Shown here one piece after another: positions 51,015 to 64,000 of a stretch of DNA of 64,000 nucleotides; position 1 is the stretch's first letter, and every line of letters begins with the position of its first letter. This stretch comes from Camelus dromedarius (lineage: Eukaryota): the NCBI RefSeq assembly GCF_036321535.1, contig NC_087437.1, positions 19,408,001-19,472,000 of the forward strand, written 5' to 3'. Under the pieces are notes generated by a model. That model did no database searches. It saw only the letters and a program-made list of their open reading frames with translations, and had not been told where the DNA came from. The translations under genes and the position numbers were made by a program.

Positions 51015-52910
51015 ATCTTTTAACTTTTAATTTAGAAATAATTTTAGACTTAACAAAGATAGTACAACACTACTATATATAAAATAGATAAACAATAAGG
51101 ACCTACTGTATAACACAGGGAACTATATTCAATATCTTGTAAGAACCTATAATGGAAAAGAATCTGAAAAAGAATACATATATATATATTTATATTTGTG
51201 TATCTATATGTATATATAACTGAATCACTTTGCTGTACATCTGAAACTAACACTACATTGTAAATCAACTATACTTCAATTAAAAAAAAAAAGACAGTAC
51301 CAAGACTTCCCATGTATCTTCACTCAGCTTCTGCTAATGTTAACCATCTTACATAAGCATGGTACAGTGATGTAAACCACGATATAACATTACCACCATT
51401 CACTAATCTACATTGTTCATATTTCCCCTATTGTCTCACGATGGCTTTTTTTTTTCTAATGTAGGGTCTGATCCAGGATCCCACATTGCATGTAACTGTC
51501 TTGTCTCCTTCATCCCCTCTAACTGGGAACAGCTCCTAAGTGTTTCATGACCTGGACATTTCAGAAAATTAGTGCCCAGTTATTTTGAGGAACATCCCTT
51601 AGTTTGGTTTGTCTGATGTTTTCTCATGATTAGATTGAGCTTATGAACCTCAGCCAAGAAAGTCTCAGAAATGACCTTGTGCCCTTCTCAGGTGCATCAT
51701 ATCGGTGTTGATTTGTTCTGATCAGTGATGCTTGGTTGAGGTAGTGTCTGCCAGATTTCTCTATTGTGAAATTACTATTTTCTCCTGTGTATCTGTAATT
51801 AGTAAGAATTTCATGGGAAAATACTTTGAGACTATGCAAATATTATACTTTGCCCCCCTAATTTTAGCATCCATTGAGGATTTTGGTGTGCAACATTCAT
51901 TACTATGATGTTGGCCAAATGGTGATTCTATTTCCAACATTCTTTGTAGAAAGAATTAGAATTCTACTGGAAGGAAGAAATGTCCCTTTTCCTGCATTTA
52001 CTTATTCATTCAATCACTTATTTACATCAATATGGACTCATGAATATTTATTTTATTCTATAGGGGGTGGGATCCATTATCATCATTTATTTTGTTTCTC
52101 AGATTATCTCAGATTTGCCCAATGGAATCTCCTTTAAATCGGCTCTTATGCCTTTGCGACAAGCTCCCATCATTTATTGAGCATTCCCTTGTTTTCCAGG
52201 ACCACAGGATATTCAGGCTTATCCTGTATTTTCTCTGCCCCAGCTCCAGCTCTGGAATCAACCATTTCTCCAAGAAGCACTTGCTTCTTTTATTGGAGAA
52301 TGGTATTTAGAAACCAAGAGAGCCAGCTGTGCTCATTGCTATTGGGGTTTTGTGGTTTCTAGGCACCTCTTAGAAGACAGAGCTAGGAAATTATATACAC
52401 ATACATACTTACACATGTGTATACCCACCTCACCATATTTATTTCTATAGCTGCCCATCTGGATATATATTAAAAACCATGAGTTCATACTGATACCTCC
52501 AATTCTCTTCCAACACCACAGAGTTCATTCTGGGCTTCCCCTCCTTTCCTTTTTTGTAACTTCTTTCTTCCACAGTGAGAAATCTGGCTCTATTGTTCAC
52601 AATAATTTACTCATTTGCTTGATTCTAGTATTTATATAAAAGCAGTTTCAAAATTGCTCACCTATACTCCTGTGGAAAACACATTTGCTAACTAGAGAAC
52701 CGTATTTATGTACATTTTTTTTTTTTTTTTTGTCTTTGGCCTTGCAGGATCCGGTCATAATGCTGCTTTCCAAGTTACTGAGGGTTGGTTTTTTCCTTTC
52801 CCACTGACTTCAGTGTGGTTATGTCTTCATTTGTTATAGAGACAGGCTCATTTGTTACTGTTTTACTACAGCTTGGGTTCCCTTCACATCCTGGTTGACC
52901 TTAATTATAT
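51015..52910 (-). mobile_element. Old L1MC/L1MD-like 3' region
   Basis: ttttaatttagaaataattttagactta terminus, plus gatccaggatcccacattgca and gtagtgtctgccagatttctc. Confidence 0.7.
51066..51289 (+). mobile_element. Young L1 3' stub nested in the old L1, with near-perfect TSD
   Basis: AAAGATAGTAC (51055-51065) and AAAGACAGTAC (51290-51300) flank an L1 terminus with poly(A). Confidence 0.85.
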
Positions 52911-53726
52911 AGTTTTTTGAGGGGGAGTGGTATGAGATTCCACGGTTCTAAGAGTCAGACTAAAAACAGAGGTGAACTCAGAGAAGGCTGTCTCCTCCCT
53001 CATTCTTGTTTCTACCCGGTTCCCATCCTCACATTTCTTCCACTCTGTTCCCATCCACCCACTGGAAAGAACCAATCTCATCAGCTTATAAAATCCATTT
53101 TTAAATGATTTTGTCCTCCCAAGATTTATTTTCCCTATAATTATCAGAACTCATCAATCTTCCCAAGGTCGAACTCTTTCTTGACAACCTCATCTTTAGA
53201 AGTATTTATACAGACACATCTTTTCAATTCGTCTTAATTAATGCCCTTTGTGCTGTTGGGAGTGTTACTTCGCTGACTGTTTTATCTGATGTTGGCCGGG
53301 GTTTTCTGAGTGCTGTTGCATGAGTTCTCTTTATGATCTGCTTAGCAAGCAGCCAAATGCTGGTGACTGATTCTGAATGATCTTTTGCTTCCCATTTGGA
53401 AGACAGAGAAGGTTGCAAGTCCTGGCATATTAACTCTGGAGCTGTCTCCTCAGGGAGTTGAAGGTTCACCTAACTGGCTGGGGTGGTGGCAGCAGCAGCA
53501 GGTAGGGACAGCATGGTGTGCTCAGGAGAGGGGGGCCCCCATGGAGAGATGACAAGAGCACTGGCTTTGTATTCTGAGAGACTGAGGCTTTATCTTTTAC
53601 TTGCCGGGGAGGTCTCATGTAAAATGTGTCACCTCACCAGGCCTCAAGTTTCCTTATACCTGTAAAATGGGAATATTAATACTCATAGGACTGTTTTGAG
53701 GATGACAGAACTCTATGTGAAAACCC

Positions 53727-54260
53727 AACCTAAATGTCCATCGAAAGATGATGGGATAAATAAGATGTGAGATATATATATAGCAATACTATTCAGCCAT
53801 AAAAAAGAATAAAATAATACCATTTGCAGCAACATGGATGGACCTGGAGATTGTCATTCTAAGTGAAGTAAGACAAAAAGAGAAAGAAAAATACCGTATG
53901 ACATCACTCATATGTGGAATCTAAGAAAAAAAGACACAAATGAACTTATTTACAAAACAGAAATAGACTCATGGACATAGAAAACAAACTTATGGTTACC
54001 AGGGAGGAAAGGAGGTGGGAAGGGATAAATTGGAAGTTTGAGATTTGCAGATTCTAACTACTATATATAAAATAGATAAACAAGATTCTACTGTATAGCA
54101 CAGGGAACTATATTCAATATCTGTAGTAACCTATAATAAAAAAGAATATGAAAAGGAATATATGTATGTATATGTATGACTGAAACATTATGCTGTTGCC
54201 AGAAATTGACACAACATTGTAAACTGACTCTACTTCAATTAAAAAAAACAGAAAAAAAAG
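53727..54260 (+). mobile_element. Young L1 3' end inserted in a MIR, TSD GAAAACCC
   Basis: GAAAACCC at 53719-53726 and 54261-54268, flanking L1 3' text and an A-rich tail. Confidence 0.85.
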
Positions 54261-54359
54261 GAAAACCCTTGGCATGGAAGAGGTCCACTAAAGGAAACTG
54301 CCCCACTTCATCCTTTCATCCTTATATTCATAAAATATATTGTTTCAATTTTTTCTTTT

Positions 54360-56017
54360 GTTTTTTAAATTAACTTTTTGAGATGTAGATTTTTATGCAG
54401 TTGTAAGAAGTGATACAGAGCGATCCCATGTGCCTTCACCCAGTGTCCCCTAGTGGTGACCTAAGTGTGATACTATGATATCACACCCAGGACACTGAGA
54501 CAGATAGAATCCACCGATCCTATTCAGATTTCACATTTCACATGTACTTACTTGCTCGTGTGTGTGTGTGTGTTTAGTTCTATGAAATTTGTTTCTCTCC
54601 TGTTCATGTATCTACCATCAATAGCAAACTACATAATGGTCCCTTCACCACAAGGACCCCTCGTGTTGTCTTTTTATAACCACATCCACTTCCCTCCTGT
54701 TGCCCCCCAACTCTCATCCTAACCCCTGGCAATCACCAGTTTATTATTTATGTAAATTTGTCATTTCAGGAATGTTATATAAATGGAATCATTTAATATG
54801 TAACCTTTTAGGATTGGCTTTTTCCACTTAGTATTACTCCCTGGAGAGTTATCAAAGTTGTTGTGTGTATAGTTCGCTACTTACTACTGAGTCTACTCTA
54901 TGGTATGGATATATCCCAGTTTAATTGTTCACCCTTTGAAGGACATCTGGATTGTCTCCAGTTTTTAGTTATTATAAATGGAGCTGTAATGAACATTTGA
55001 GTACAGGTTTTTGTGTGAACGTAAGTTTTCATTTCTCTGGGATAAATGCCCATGAGTGCAGTTGCTAGGTTATACGGTAGTTGCACTTTTAGTTTTACAA
55101 GAAACCACCAAACTGTTTTCCTGAGTGGCGGAGCCATTTTATGTTCCCACCAGCAATTATGAATGGTTCTGTTTCTCTGCATCCTTTCAAGCATTTAGTG
55201 TCGTCATTATTTTTTATTTTAGCCATTTTGATAGGTATATGGTAATACCTTGTTATGTTTTTAAAGTTGCATTTCCCTAATGACTAATGTTGTCAAATAC
55301 CTTTTTCATGTGCTTACTTGCCATCTGTGTATCCTCTTCAGTGAAATGTCCCTTTGTGTCTTTTGCCCATTTCCTTAAGGGGGTGTTTGTGTTTTTATTA
55401 AGTTTTGAGAATTCTTTTTTTTTAATTGAGGTAAAATGGGTATATAACATTATATTAGTTTCGGGTGTACAACACAATAATTTGATATTTGTACACACTA
55501 CAAAGGGATCAACATAACAAGTCTAGTTCCCATCCACCACCATACAATTGATGCCCTTTCCCATTTTTCATCCCCCAACCCATTCCTCCCTGTTAACCAC
55601 TAATGTGATCTCTGTGTCTATGAGTTTGTTTTTGCTTTGTTTGTTCATTTTTTGGTGTGTTTTAGATTGTATGTATAAGTGAAATCATGGTATTTGTCTT
55701 TCTCTGTCTGGATTATTTCACTAAGCATAATATGCTCAAAGTCCATCCATGTTGTCGAAGTTGGCAAGATTTCCTTCTTTTTAATGGCTGAGTAGTATTC
55801 CATTATATATCTATACATTTTCACCATTCATTCGTTGATGGGCACTTTGGTTGTGTCCGTATCTTGACTATTGTAAATAATGCTGCAATGAACATAGGGG
55901 TGCATGTATCACCCTTTTTTGAATCAGTGTTTTCATATTCTTTGGATAAATACCCTGAAGTAGAATAGCTGGATCACATGGCAGTTCTATTTTTAATTTT
56001 CTTAGGAACCGCCATAC
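54360..56017 (-). mobile_element. Nested L1 3' ends: older L1MA/MB-like (54360-55412) and a second L1 (55413-56017)
   Basis: Minus-strand translations KTVWWFLVKL..GIYPREMKTYVHTKTC and MEYYSAIKKKEILP..TWMD, with two L1 termini. Confidence 0.8.
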
Positions 56018-59000
56018 ACAGTCGAGCGCTGCGTGACATACGATTCTAAAACATCAAAAAAGTAGACAAAACAGTCGAGGACTATTTTTTTTGTTGGATA
56101 TGTGGTTTGCAATTTCAACTCTTTTTGAGGAATAAAACAGCAAAAAAAATTCAACAAAAACCATGTGGTTGGGGGAAAGGAGAAGAGGGTGGGAAACAAG
56201 GGGAAAAGGTGGCTGGCATCTTATAGTTTATGAGGACACGAGCAATGGCTCCCATTTTTCACAGCGTGTGTGTATGAGCTGTGGTGAGGCAGATGGAGAC
56301 TAGGATGCAGGGGGCTCACCAAGTATCTGAGGGTCTCGCTATGATGCATACTCTCGGGTGAGGTTTTGTTCACTCCCTAACCTGGCGCAGCTGAGTCTGG
56401 GGCAAGAGTTCATGCTGAAGAAACTGCCTCCCCTTCAGCTCCTGCCAGACCGGCATCTGTTTCCTTTAAGCCACATCTCAAGGTAGACATAGAAGGATGA
56501 GGAAAATGCTGATTTGTTATTAAATCAGAAAAGCACCTCCTTTCAAAAGAATTTGGAATGTTACACTTGCACAGCCTCAAACCCTTGGAGCCTCGCAAGA
56601 TAAGGAACAAATTCCAAACAATTGCTGGAGTTATCCAATATTCTTAAATCTATCTTCTCCAGAAAAATCTCTTAAATTAGAAATGTGAAAATGAACGGTT
56701 TTTCAGACCAGGCTGGAGGATTGCCCATGAATATATATTAAAATCACTCTATTTGATTAATAAATGTCCGTGTCGGCCCAAGATTAAAGTAACATGCTGA
56801 GCTTATACAATATTTACTCACGCTCTGATGCTATCTACTAAAGCCCAGAAGACCTGGAACTGGGGCTGTCACTACCTTAAAGAGAATTATTACAGCTTAA
56901 TTTTCCCCCTTATATCAGATTGTACTGCACCACCATATCACGGTGCATTTAATTCTCTCTATATTCAGGGTGTAATAGAGAATCAAAATTAAAGTCACAG
57001 GGGTAACAAAAGTGACGTGCTTCATGCTGGACACTGACTAGACATTTTTCTTTAACACAGAAAACTGCTGGTGTAGATGATATTGCAATAAATATGTTTC
57101 CATTTAAAATGCAAGTTGCTGAGAGGAAAACCTGGGAGCCATAAAAATGCCTTTCCCCTCCTCAAGGTTGTCCAAAGGGAAAAAAAGGACAAGGCTTTCA
57201 ACTGGGTTGTTATCTTTACGATGCAATTTAATCTGGGATGCCACAAACACGTGGGGGCAGGATTGTTAGGGAACAACATCATAAAGCATCAGGAAAGGGC
57301 TAAAGAAAACAGAAGGAACTGTTTTGCGGTTTTCCCGCTCTCATGCATAGATGTGAGACTATTGTGTTAAGCAGTCTGGTCGTGGCCACGGGACCAGGGG
57401 TGCTCTGAGCCGGCGCTGGGAAAAGCCTGCTCATGGTGGAAGTGGAGAGACCAAACATGTACTGGATTTCTCGCACAGATTAGACCCTTCATGGACATCA
57501 TCTCTTTTAGGCCTTATTATAAATGACCTTGTAAGGTTGGGAAATATTTTTCCCATGTTGCAGTTGAGGAAACACACATTGGAGGGGCGAAGTAAATTGC
57601 TCAGGGTCATGGACTAGCAGGTGGGTTGGACCCCAAGGCTGTCTTCAGAGCCGCTGCTCTTCCTGGGACCTCACGGTCACAGGGAGGGGAGAGTGTCCTT
57701 TCTACGGTTCAGCATTCTGAGATTCTTTCTTCTGTGGGGTGTGGCATCCAAGGGAAAGCAGAAACCGAGGTGAGACTCTCAGGACCCATGAGCAACTAAG
57801 TCAGAGCCGAGCGTGGCTGGGCGGGGTGCTGGCAGGCTGCCAGGCAGAGACACGGCCTCCGGGATCCTGCCTGGGCTGGGACAGAGATTTGGCTGTGAGC
57901 AGATCTGTGCCCACTTTGGCTCTGTGAGTCTAGTAAGTTGATACTCTTCTTTTTTTCTGAAGGTATCTGTTGCATTGATTATAGAGTAACTATAAAGAAT
58001 AAATTCTGGAGACTATAGTTTGGGACCCAGAATGCAAACCAGAGCAAAATCAGGAACAGAGTCTGAAACTGACAGCTTCTGAGCACTTAGAAAAAAATGT
58101 TGACTGTTCAGAGTTGGTAAGAGTTCACCAAGAACAAGTCATTTCCGTATTTGGTAGAGTTTTCAGATGGGCAGGAACGTAACAGCCATGAAGGCAGAAC
58201 CTTATCTGGGCATTTACCAAGGTCTCACAAGGTCACCTTGCAACTGGGCCCAGCTGCAGGCAGGAGGAGCTGTCCAGGGCCGTGTGCTTGCCCCCGAGGC
58301 CAAGTCCTGCTTGCTCTGGGGAAGAGGGCCTGACCTCTGAGCCAGCCAGTCCTGGATCTGGCTGGGGTCTGGGCTAGCCGGGTACAGGCTGCAGAGAGTA
58401 CTCTGGCAGGTGCTCTTCCGAGGCCATCTGAGGACCCCTGGACCAAGGCTCCTTCCAGGGCGGAAACCTCACCTGCTGGGCATCTGGCGGGGCAGCTGGT
58501 TAAAGGCTTTCAGTGAATCCCCTTCGCCTAAAGTCTACACTCCTTACCTAGCACTTCAGACTCCAGCATCAAGCCCTGGCCACTTCCCCACTTTCTGCTA
58601 GCCCCCCAGGACTCTGCTCTCACCAAAGCTGTCTTTGGGACTCGCACACTCGGGAGGCCTCACAAGGGTCTGCTGGTGCGTCTGTGCGGCACAGGGCAGC
58701 GAGAAGAATGCTGGCCTGGGGGCCCGAGGCCTGGGTTCCCCAGCTCCCCGCGTATTAGCTGTGTAAGTGACAACCTCTCCAAGCCTTGGTTTCCCTGTCT
58801 GTAAAGGTAGGGACCATACCATCTCTGGACCCTGAACATGCGAGGTGCTCCAGTCTTGCACTTACATGGTCTCCTTTAATCATTACAGCCCTTGTGATGG
58901 TCTCTTGCACGTTGCTGTTACTCTTGTGCTCAAAGTTTTCCTTCTCGTCCTGACCGCTCCCCTTGTCCCATTTGATTCAAAGGTTCTCCACAGTAGGACT

Positions 59001-59179
59001 AGAAGTACCTTTATCTTAGTAAAACCCTTCTGCATTTGGTGGTTTGCACATGATCAGGCTCTTATCTCCTACCCGATGGTCATTTTCACAAGGTTCTGTA
59101 GTTCCCCGCCCTGACTCAGCTGCCCACCCTCCTGTACCTCCTTCACTGAGAGCTCCATCACCCCCTTACCCTCTATCTA

Positions 59180-59900
59180 CTGAGCCACAAAACCATGGTC
59201 ACACTTGGTGTTAGCACTTGTACACCGTGAGCCTCTCCACCTGCAATCTTCCCACTACCTGGGGCAATTTCCAAGTCCACACCGACAACCTTTCTAACAC
59301 ATCTGTTCTCTGCCCCCTCACCTCTGAGGGCTTCCCCTGGCACCCTGAAGACATCCAATGGTTCCATTACACACTGGATGCTGTCACCCCTCAAACTGCT
59401 CCAGAGTCACTGATCCTTGTCCCTCCAGCTCTTCACAGTCACTCATTCCACCACTTCTGACAAGACTGTGCTTCTACGACGATGCTGGGGCCTCCAGCCT
59501 GTGATGACCCTGCCCAGCCCACCCAGTCTCTCCTCCTGCACTGTACTTTTCATCCACCTGGGATCCCAGGTCACTCCTTTGCAGGATGCTCATGGTGGTA
59601 CCCGAAGTCCCATGCTTCTCCATGCTTCCATCACACTCAACCAGCAAACTCTTTTCTGGTTGAACCTAGCTACCCCCTTTCTCTGTAGTTGCCCTGCAGC
59701 AGCCAAAAGCCACTGGGAAAAGCCACCTCATGGGGACTATGGCAGCACTGACCCCAGAGAGACTAGCCACATTGCCCTGCATCTGGTCCCCACAGCACAT
59801 CCAATATCTTCCTTCCTCAAGCCTCTGAGCTCCCAGCAACCCTCACTCTCAGCTGGGGACTGTGCCACCTACCTCCAAGGACAAGAGAAGCCATACAAGA
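59180..59900 (+). mobile_element. L2-type LINE ORF2 fossil (APE endonuclease region)
   Basis: ORF 59218..59460 reads WGNFQVHTD (cf. LGDFNIHVD) and HYTLDAVT (cf. GHTLDLVIT). C-rich composition typical of L2. Confidence 0.5.
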
Positions 59901-60311
59901 GAGCATCCCCATCTCCCTGCAGCCAAACACCACTGACCAACATCCCTCCTTGTCCAGCCCGTCCGCCTGCCAGGAAAAGCAGAGCAGTAGCCTGGGGCCA
60001 TTCGTGCACCTGGGTTCCCAGCCCCTCTGGACTCCACGGAACGATACTATGGAGGCCAAACACAGTCAGCTGCAGCCTGAAGCTGCCCATGGCAGGAGTG
60101 CCTGACTTGGTCCATGCTGTGTAATTGTTTTTTATTTTTTAATGACCCAACATGTAATATTTTGGAGCTTTCTAAAAAAATACTTTTTATTTTGATAAAA
60201 CTTCAGGCTTAAGGAAAAGTGGCAAGAATAGTATGAAGAATTTTCATGTACACTTCACCCAGATTCCCTGAATGGTAACACAGACTACATTTGCTTTATC
60301 CTTCTCTCTTT

Positions 60312-60315
<4 letters not shown>

Positions 60316-60363
<48 letters not shown>
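60316..60363. repeat. (CA)n microsatellite
   Basis: About 24 units seen directly. Confidence 0.95.
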
Positions 60364-60365
<2 letters not shown>

Positions 60366-62690
60366 TGTTTTATTGCCCTTCACTTTATTGGACGTACTAC
60401 AAATTGCGTTTTTTACAAATTGGAGGTTTGTGGCCACTCTGCATGGAGCAAGTCTATTGGCGACATTTCTCCGACAGAGTTTGCTCACTTCATGTCTCTG
60501 TGTCACATCTGGGTAATTCTCCCAATATTTCACACTGCCACATTATTGATTATATTTGTTTGGTGATCTGTGGTCAGTAATCTTTGATGCTGCTACTGGA
60601 ATTGTGTGGGGTGACACGAACCATGCCCATACAAGACAGCGAACTTGACCGATAAATGTGTGTGTTCTGACTGCTCTCTCTCCCTCTCCGTGGGCCTCCC
60701 TATTCCCTGAGATATGACAACATTGAAATTGGGCCAATTAATAGCCCTGCAACGGCCTCTGAGTGTTCAAGTGAAAGGAAGGGTTGCATGTCACTCACCT
60801 TACACCGAGAGCTAGAAATGATTCAGCTTAGTGAGGAAGCTATGTCGAAAGCCAAGATAGGCCTCCTGCACCGAACAGTGAGCCAAACTGTGAACGCAAA
60901 GGAAAAGTTCTTGAAGGAAATGGAAAGTGCTGCTCCAGTGAACACACAAATGACAAGGAAGCAAAACAGCCTTGTTAATTTGGAGACAGTTTTAGCGGTT
61001 TGGATAGAAGATCAAATCAGACGCAACATTCCCTTAAGTCAAAGCCTAATCCACAGCAAGGCCAGAACTCTCTGCAATTCTGTGAAGGCTGAGAGAGGTG
61101 AGGAAGGTGCAGAAGAAAAGTCTGAAGCTAGCAGAGGCGGGTTCATGAGGTTTAAGGAAAGAAGCTGTTTCTATAACATAAAAGTGCAAGGTCAAGAGGC
61201 AAGTCCTGGTGGAGAAGCTGCAGCAAGTTCTCCAGGAGATCTAGCTCAGATCGTTCATGAAGGTGTCTGCACTGAGCAACAGACTTTCAATGTACACAAA
61301 ACAAACAGCCTTATATTGGAAGAAGATGCCATCTAGGACTCTCATAGCTAGAGAGGAGAAATCAGTGCCTGGCTTCAATGCTTCAAAGGACAGACTGACT
61401 CTCTTGTTAGGGGCTAGCGGAGCTGATGACTTTAAGCTGAAGCCAATGCTCATTTACCATTCTGACAGTCTGACGGCCCTTAAGAATTATGCTCGACCTA
61501 CTCTGTGTGTGCTCTAGAAATGCAAAAACAAGGCCTGGATAACAGAACATCTGTTTACAACATGGTTTCCTGAATATTTTAAGCCACTGTTGAGAACTAC
61601 TGCTCAGAGAAAATGATTCCTTTCAAAATATGACTGCCCCTTGACAGTGCACCTGGTCACCCAAGAGCTCTTGTGGAGATGGACAGAGAGATTCACGTTG
61701 TCTTCATGCCTGCTGAACACAGCGTCCATTCTGCAGCCCATGGATCAAAGAGTAATTTTGACCTTCAAGTTTTTTTAGTTAAGCAATACATTTTGCAAGG
61801 TTATAGCTGCTATAGACAGTGATTCCTCTGATGGATCTGGGCAAAGACAACTGAAAACCTTCTGGAAAGGAAACATTAAAAACACTTGTGATTCATGGGA
61901 CGAGGTCAAAATGTCAACATGAACAGGAGTTTGGAAGAAGTTGATTCCAGCTCTCATGGATGACTTTGAGGAGTTTAAGATTTCAGTGGAGGAAGTAACT
62001 GCAATTGTGGTGGAAACAGCAAGACAACTAGAACTGGAAGTGGAGCCTGAAGATGGGACTGAACGGCTGCAGCCTCACAACAGAACTTTAACAGATGACG
62101 AGTTGCTTCTTAATGATGAGCAAAGAGATTGGTTTCTTATGATGGAATCTACTCCTGGTCAAGATACTGTGAAGGTGGTTGAAATGACAACAAAGGACTT
62201 AGAATATTACACAAACTTAGTTGAAAAGCAGTGGCAGGATTTGAGAGGCTGACTCTAATTTTGAAACAAGTTCTACTGTGGGTAAAATGCTATCAACAAC
62301 ATCGCATAGTGAGAGAAATCATTCATGAAAGGAAGAACCAATCAATGCGGCAAACTTCATTGTCTTAGTTTAAGAAATTAACACAGCCACCCCAACCTGC
62401 AGCAACCACCGTCCTTATCAGTCAGCATCCATCAACCTCCAGGCAAGGTTACTACTTGCTGAAGGCTCAGAAGACGGTTAACATTTTTTTAGCAATAAAA
62501 TATTTTAAAATTAAGGTATATACATTTTTTAAGATATAATTCAATTGCACACTTAGTACACCATAGTAGAGTGTAAACATAACTTTTATATGCACTGGGA
62601 AACCAAAAAATTCGTATGACTTGCTTTATTGTTATTTGCTTTACTGGGGTGGGCTGGAACTGAACCCTTATCATCTTGGGGGTATGCCCG
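60364..62690 (+). mobile_element. Near full-length Tigger1 (TcMar-Tigger) DNA transposon
   Basis: The left end gttttattgcccttcactttattg..ttttacaaattggaggtttgtggc and right end ggaactgaaccc..ggtatgcccg match the recalled Tigger1 consensus. Transposase fragments lie inside. Confidence 0.92.
60788..62252 (+). pseudogene. Disrupted Tigger1 pogo-family transposase (CENP-B HTH plus DDE)
   Basis: Fragments [60 protein letters not shown] and LMDDFEEFK occur in different frames, with frameshifts and stops. Confidence 0.9.
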
Positions 62691-63830
62691 TGTATTTTTT
62701 TTGAACCAGTTGAGTAAATTATAGACATGATGCCCCTTTATTCCTAAATAATTCAGTATGTTTCCTTTAACAAAATCGTTCTTTTATATAGCTACAGTAA
62801 AATGATCCAAATGAAGAACATTGATACAATACTATTATCTAACGTACAGACCTAACTCATATTTTACCAATTTTTCCACTGATGTCTATTACAGCAATAA
62901 TACATAAATAAGTTGGTCCATGATCATGGATTGCATTCAGTTGTCATGTCTCTTTAGCTCTTCTCTCATCTGGAATAGCTCTTTAGTCTGTCTTTCATGA
63001 CACTGACATTCATCCAGGCCAGTTATCTTGTAGACTGTCTCATGCTTTAGGTCTGTCTGCTGTTTCCTCAGGAGAGATTCAGGGTGAGCACTTCCAGTGG
63101 GAAAGACACAGGAGTGATGGTGTGCCCTTCTCAGCACACCGGAGCAGGAAACACCGGGTGTCATTATGTCCCAGACCGGTGGTGTTGGCTTTGGTCGTTT
63201 GATTAAGGTAGTGTCTGCCAGGTTTCTCCACTGTAATCATTTTTTTCCTTTCTAATTACTGAGTTTCTTATCAGGAGTTACTTGTTATTTCAACCTGCTA
63301 GCTTTAGAATCCATTCATGGTTCTTGCATGAATCAATAACTTTATAGTTGCCAAATGGTGATTTTCTAACTCCACCGCTCCTCCTGCTGGCATTCTACTG
63401 TAAGAAACAGTTTCCTTTCTCTCCCATTTATCCACTTGTTCATTTAATTAACTAATAAATTGATTTATATCAGCTTAGGCTTATGGATTGTTACTTTATT
63501 CAATGAGTCATATGTAATCCTTAACTTCGTTATTTATTTTTAGGCTCAAATTGTCCCATATTTTATCAGTGGGAACCCCTTCAAGCTGGCTCCTGTGCAC
63601 TATGGATATTTTGGTGTCCCCACTATTTGAGTACTTCCTTATTTTCTGGCACCACAAGATGTTCCAACTTCATCTTCTACTTGCCCTGCCCCAGCCCCAG
63701 AACCGACCATTTTTCCAAGGAGCCCTTTTCATACAGAATGGTGTTAAGAAACCAAGATTAGAATGCTAGGTTGTTCTATTGTACTGGGGTATAGTAATTT
63801 CTAGAGCCTCTCAGTAGATTAGGGGTAAGA
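62691..63830 (-). mobile_element. Old L1MC-like 3' region, continuing the 60175-60310 fragment split by Tigger1
   Basis: Same family text as 51015-52910 (gtagtgtctgccaggtttctcc, gttgccaaatggtgattttcta, gaaaccaaga). Confidence 0.7.
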
Positions 63831-63869
63831 TATAGATGTATGTGTGTGTGTATGCATACTGACAGACAT

Positions 63870-63904
63870 GTTGTCTGTCTGTCTGTCTATCCATCCATCC
63901 ATCT

Positions 63905-63967
<63 letters not shown>

Positions 63968-63975
63968 ATCTATCT
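63870..63975. repeat. Compound (TGTC)/(TCCA)/(TATC)n tetranucleotide microsatellite
   Basis: Seen directly. Confidence 0.95.
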
Positions 63976-64000
63976 TAACTATCCATGAATTCACACTAAT

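Noticed and set aside
60788..62252. Domesticated TIGD-like gene
   Set aside because: Multiple frameshifts and stops, loss of the first catalytic Asp, and retained transposon ends indicate an ordinary Tigger1 fossil.

Overview
Mammalian genomic DNA, most likely from a camelid: it contains a tRNA-Ala-derived Vic-1-type SINE and cetartiodactyl-type L1 3' ends. The only protein-coding gene I can support is NMNAT3 (nicotinamide/nicotinic acid mononucleotide adenylyltransferase 3) on the minus strand. Its last three coding exons are at 27866-28049, 22748-22830 and 16421-16779, with canonical GT-AG splice sites and compatible phases, followed by a 3' UTR with an AATAAA at 15623-15628. I did not find the first coding exon (GxFxPxTxxH motif), so 28050-64000 is treated as intron. 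The rest is mostly transposable-element fossils: old and young L1s, HAL1, L2, MIR, MLT/MER21/ERV1 LTRs, MER20/MER5/MER58, two MER47/Tigger5-family copies and a near full-length decayed Tigger1. Family names come from recalled consensus sequences, not from a search. I found no convincing new multi-gene system. The most notable observations are a TSD-flanked probable L1 3' transduction (42828-43114), an apparently shifted NMNAT3 stop codon followed by an in-frame open reading frame, a tiny L1 insertion with two 3' termini and a 15-bp TSD, and several candidate regulatory elements.
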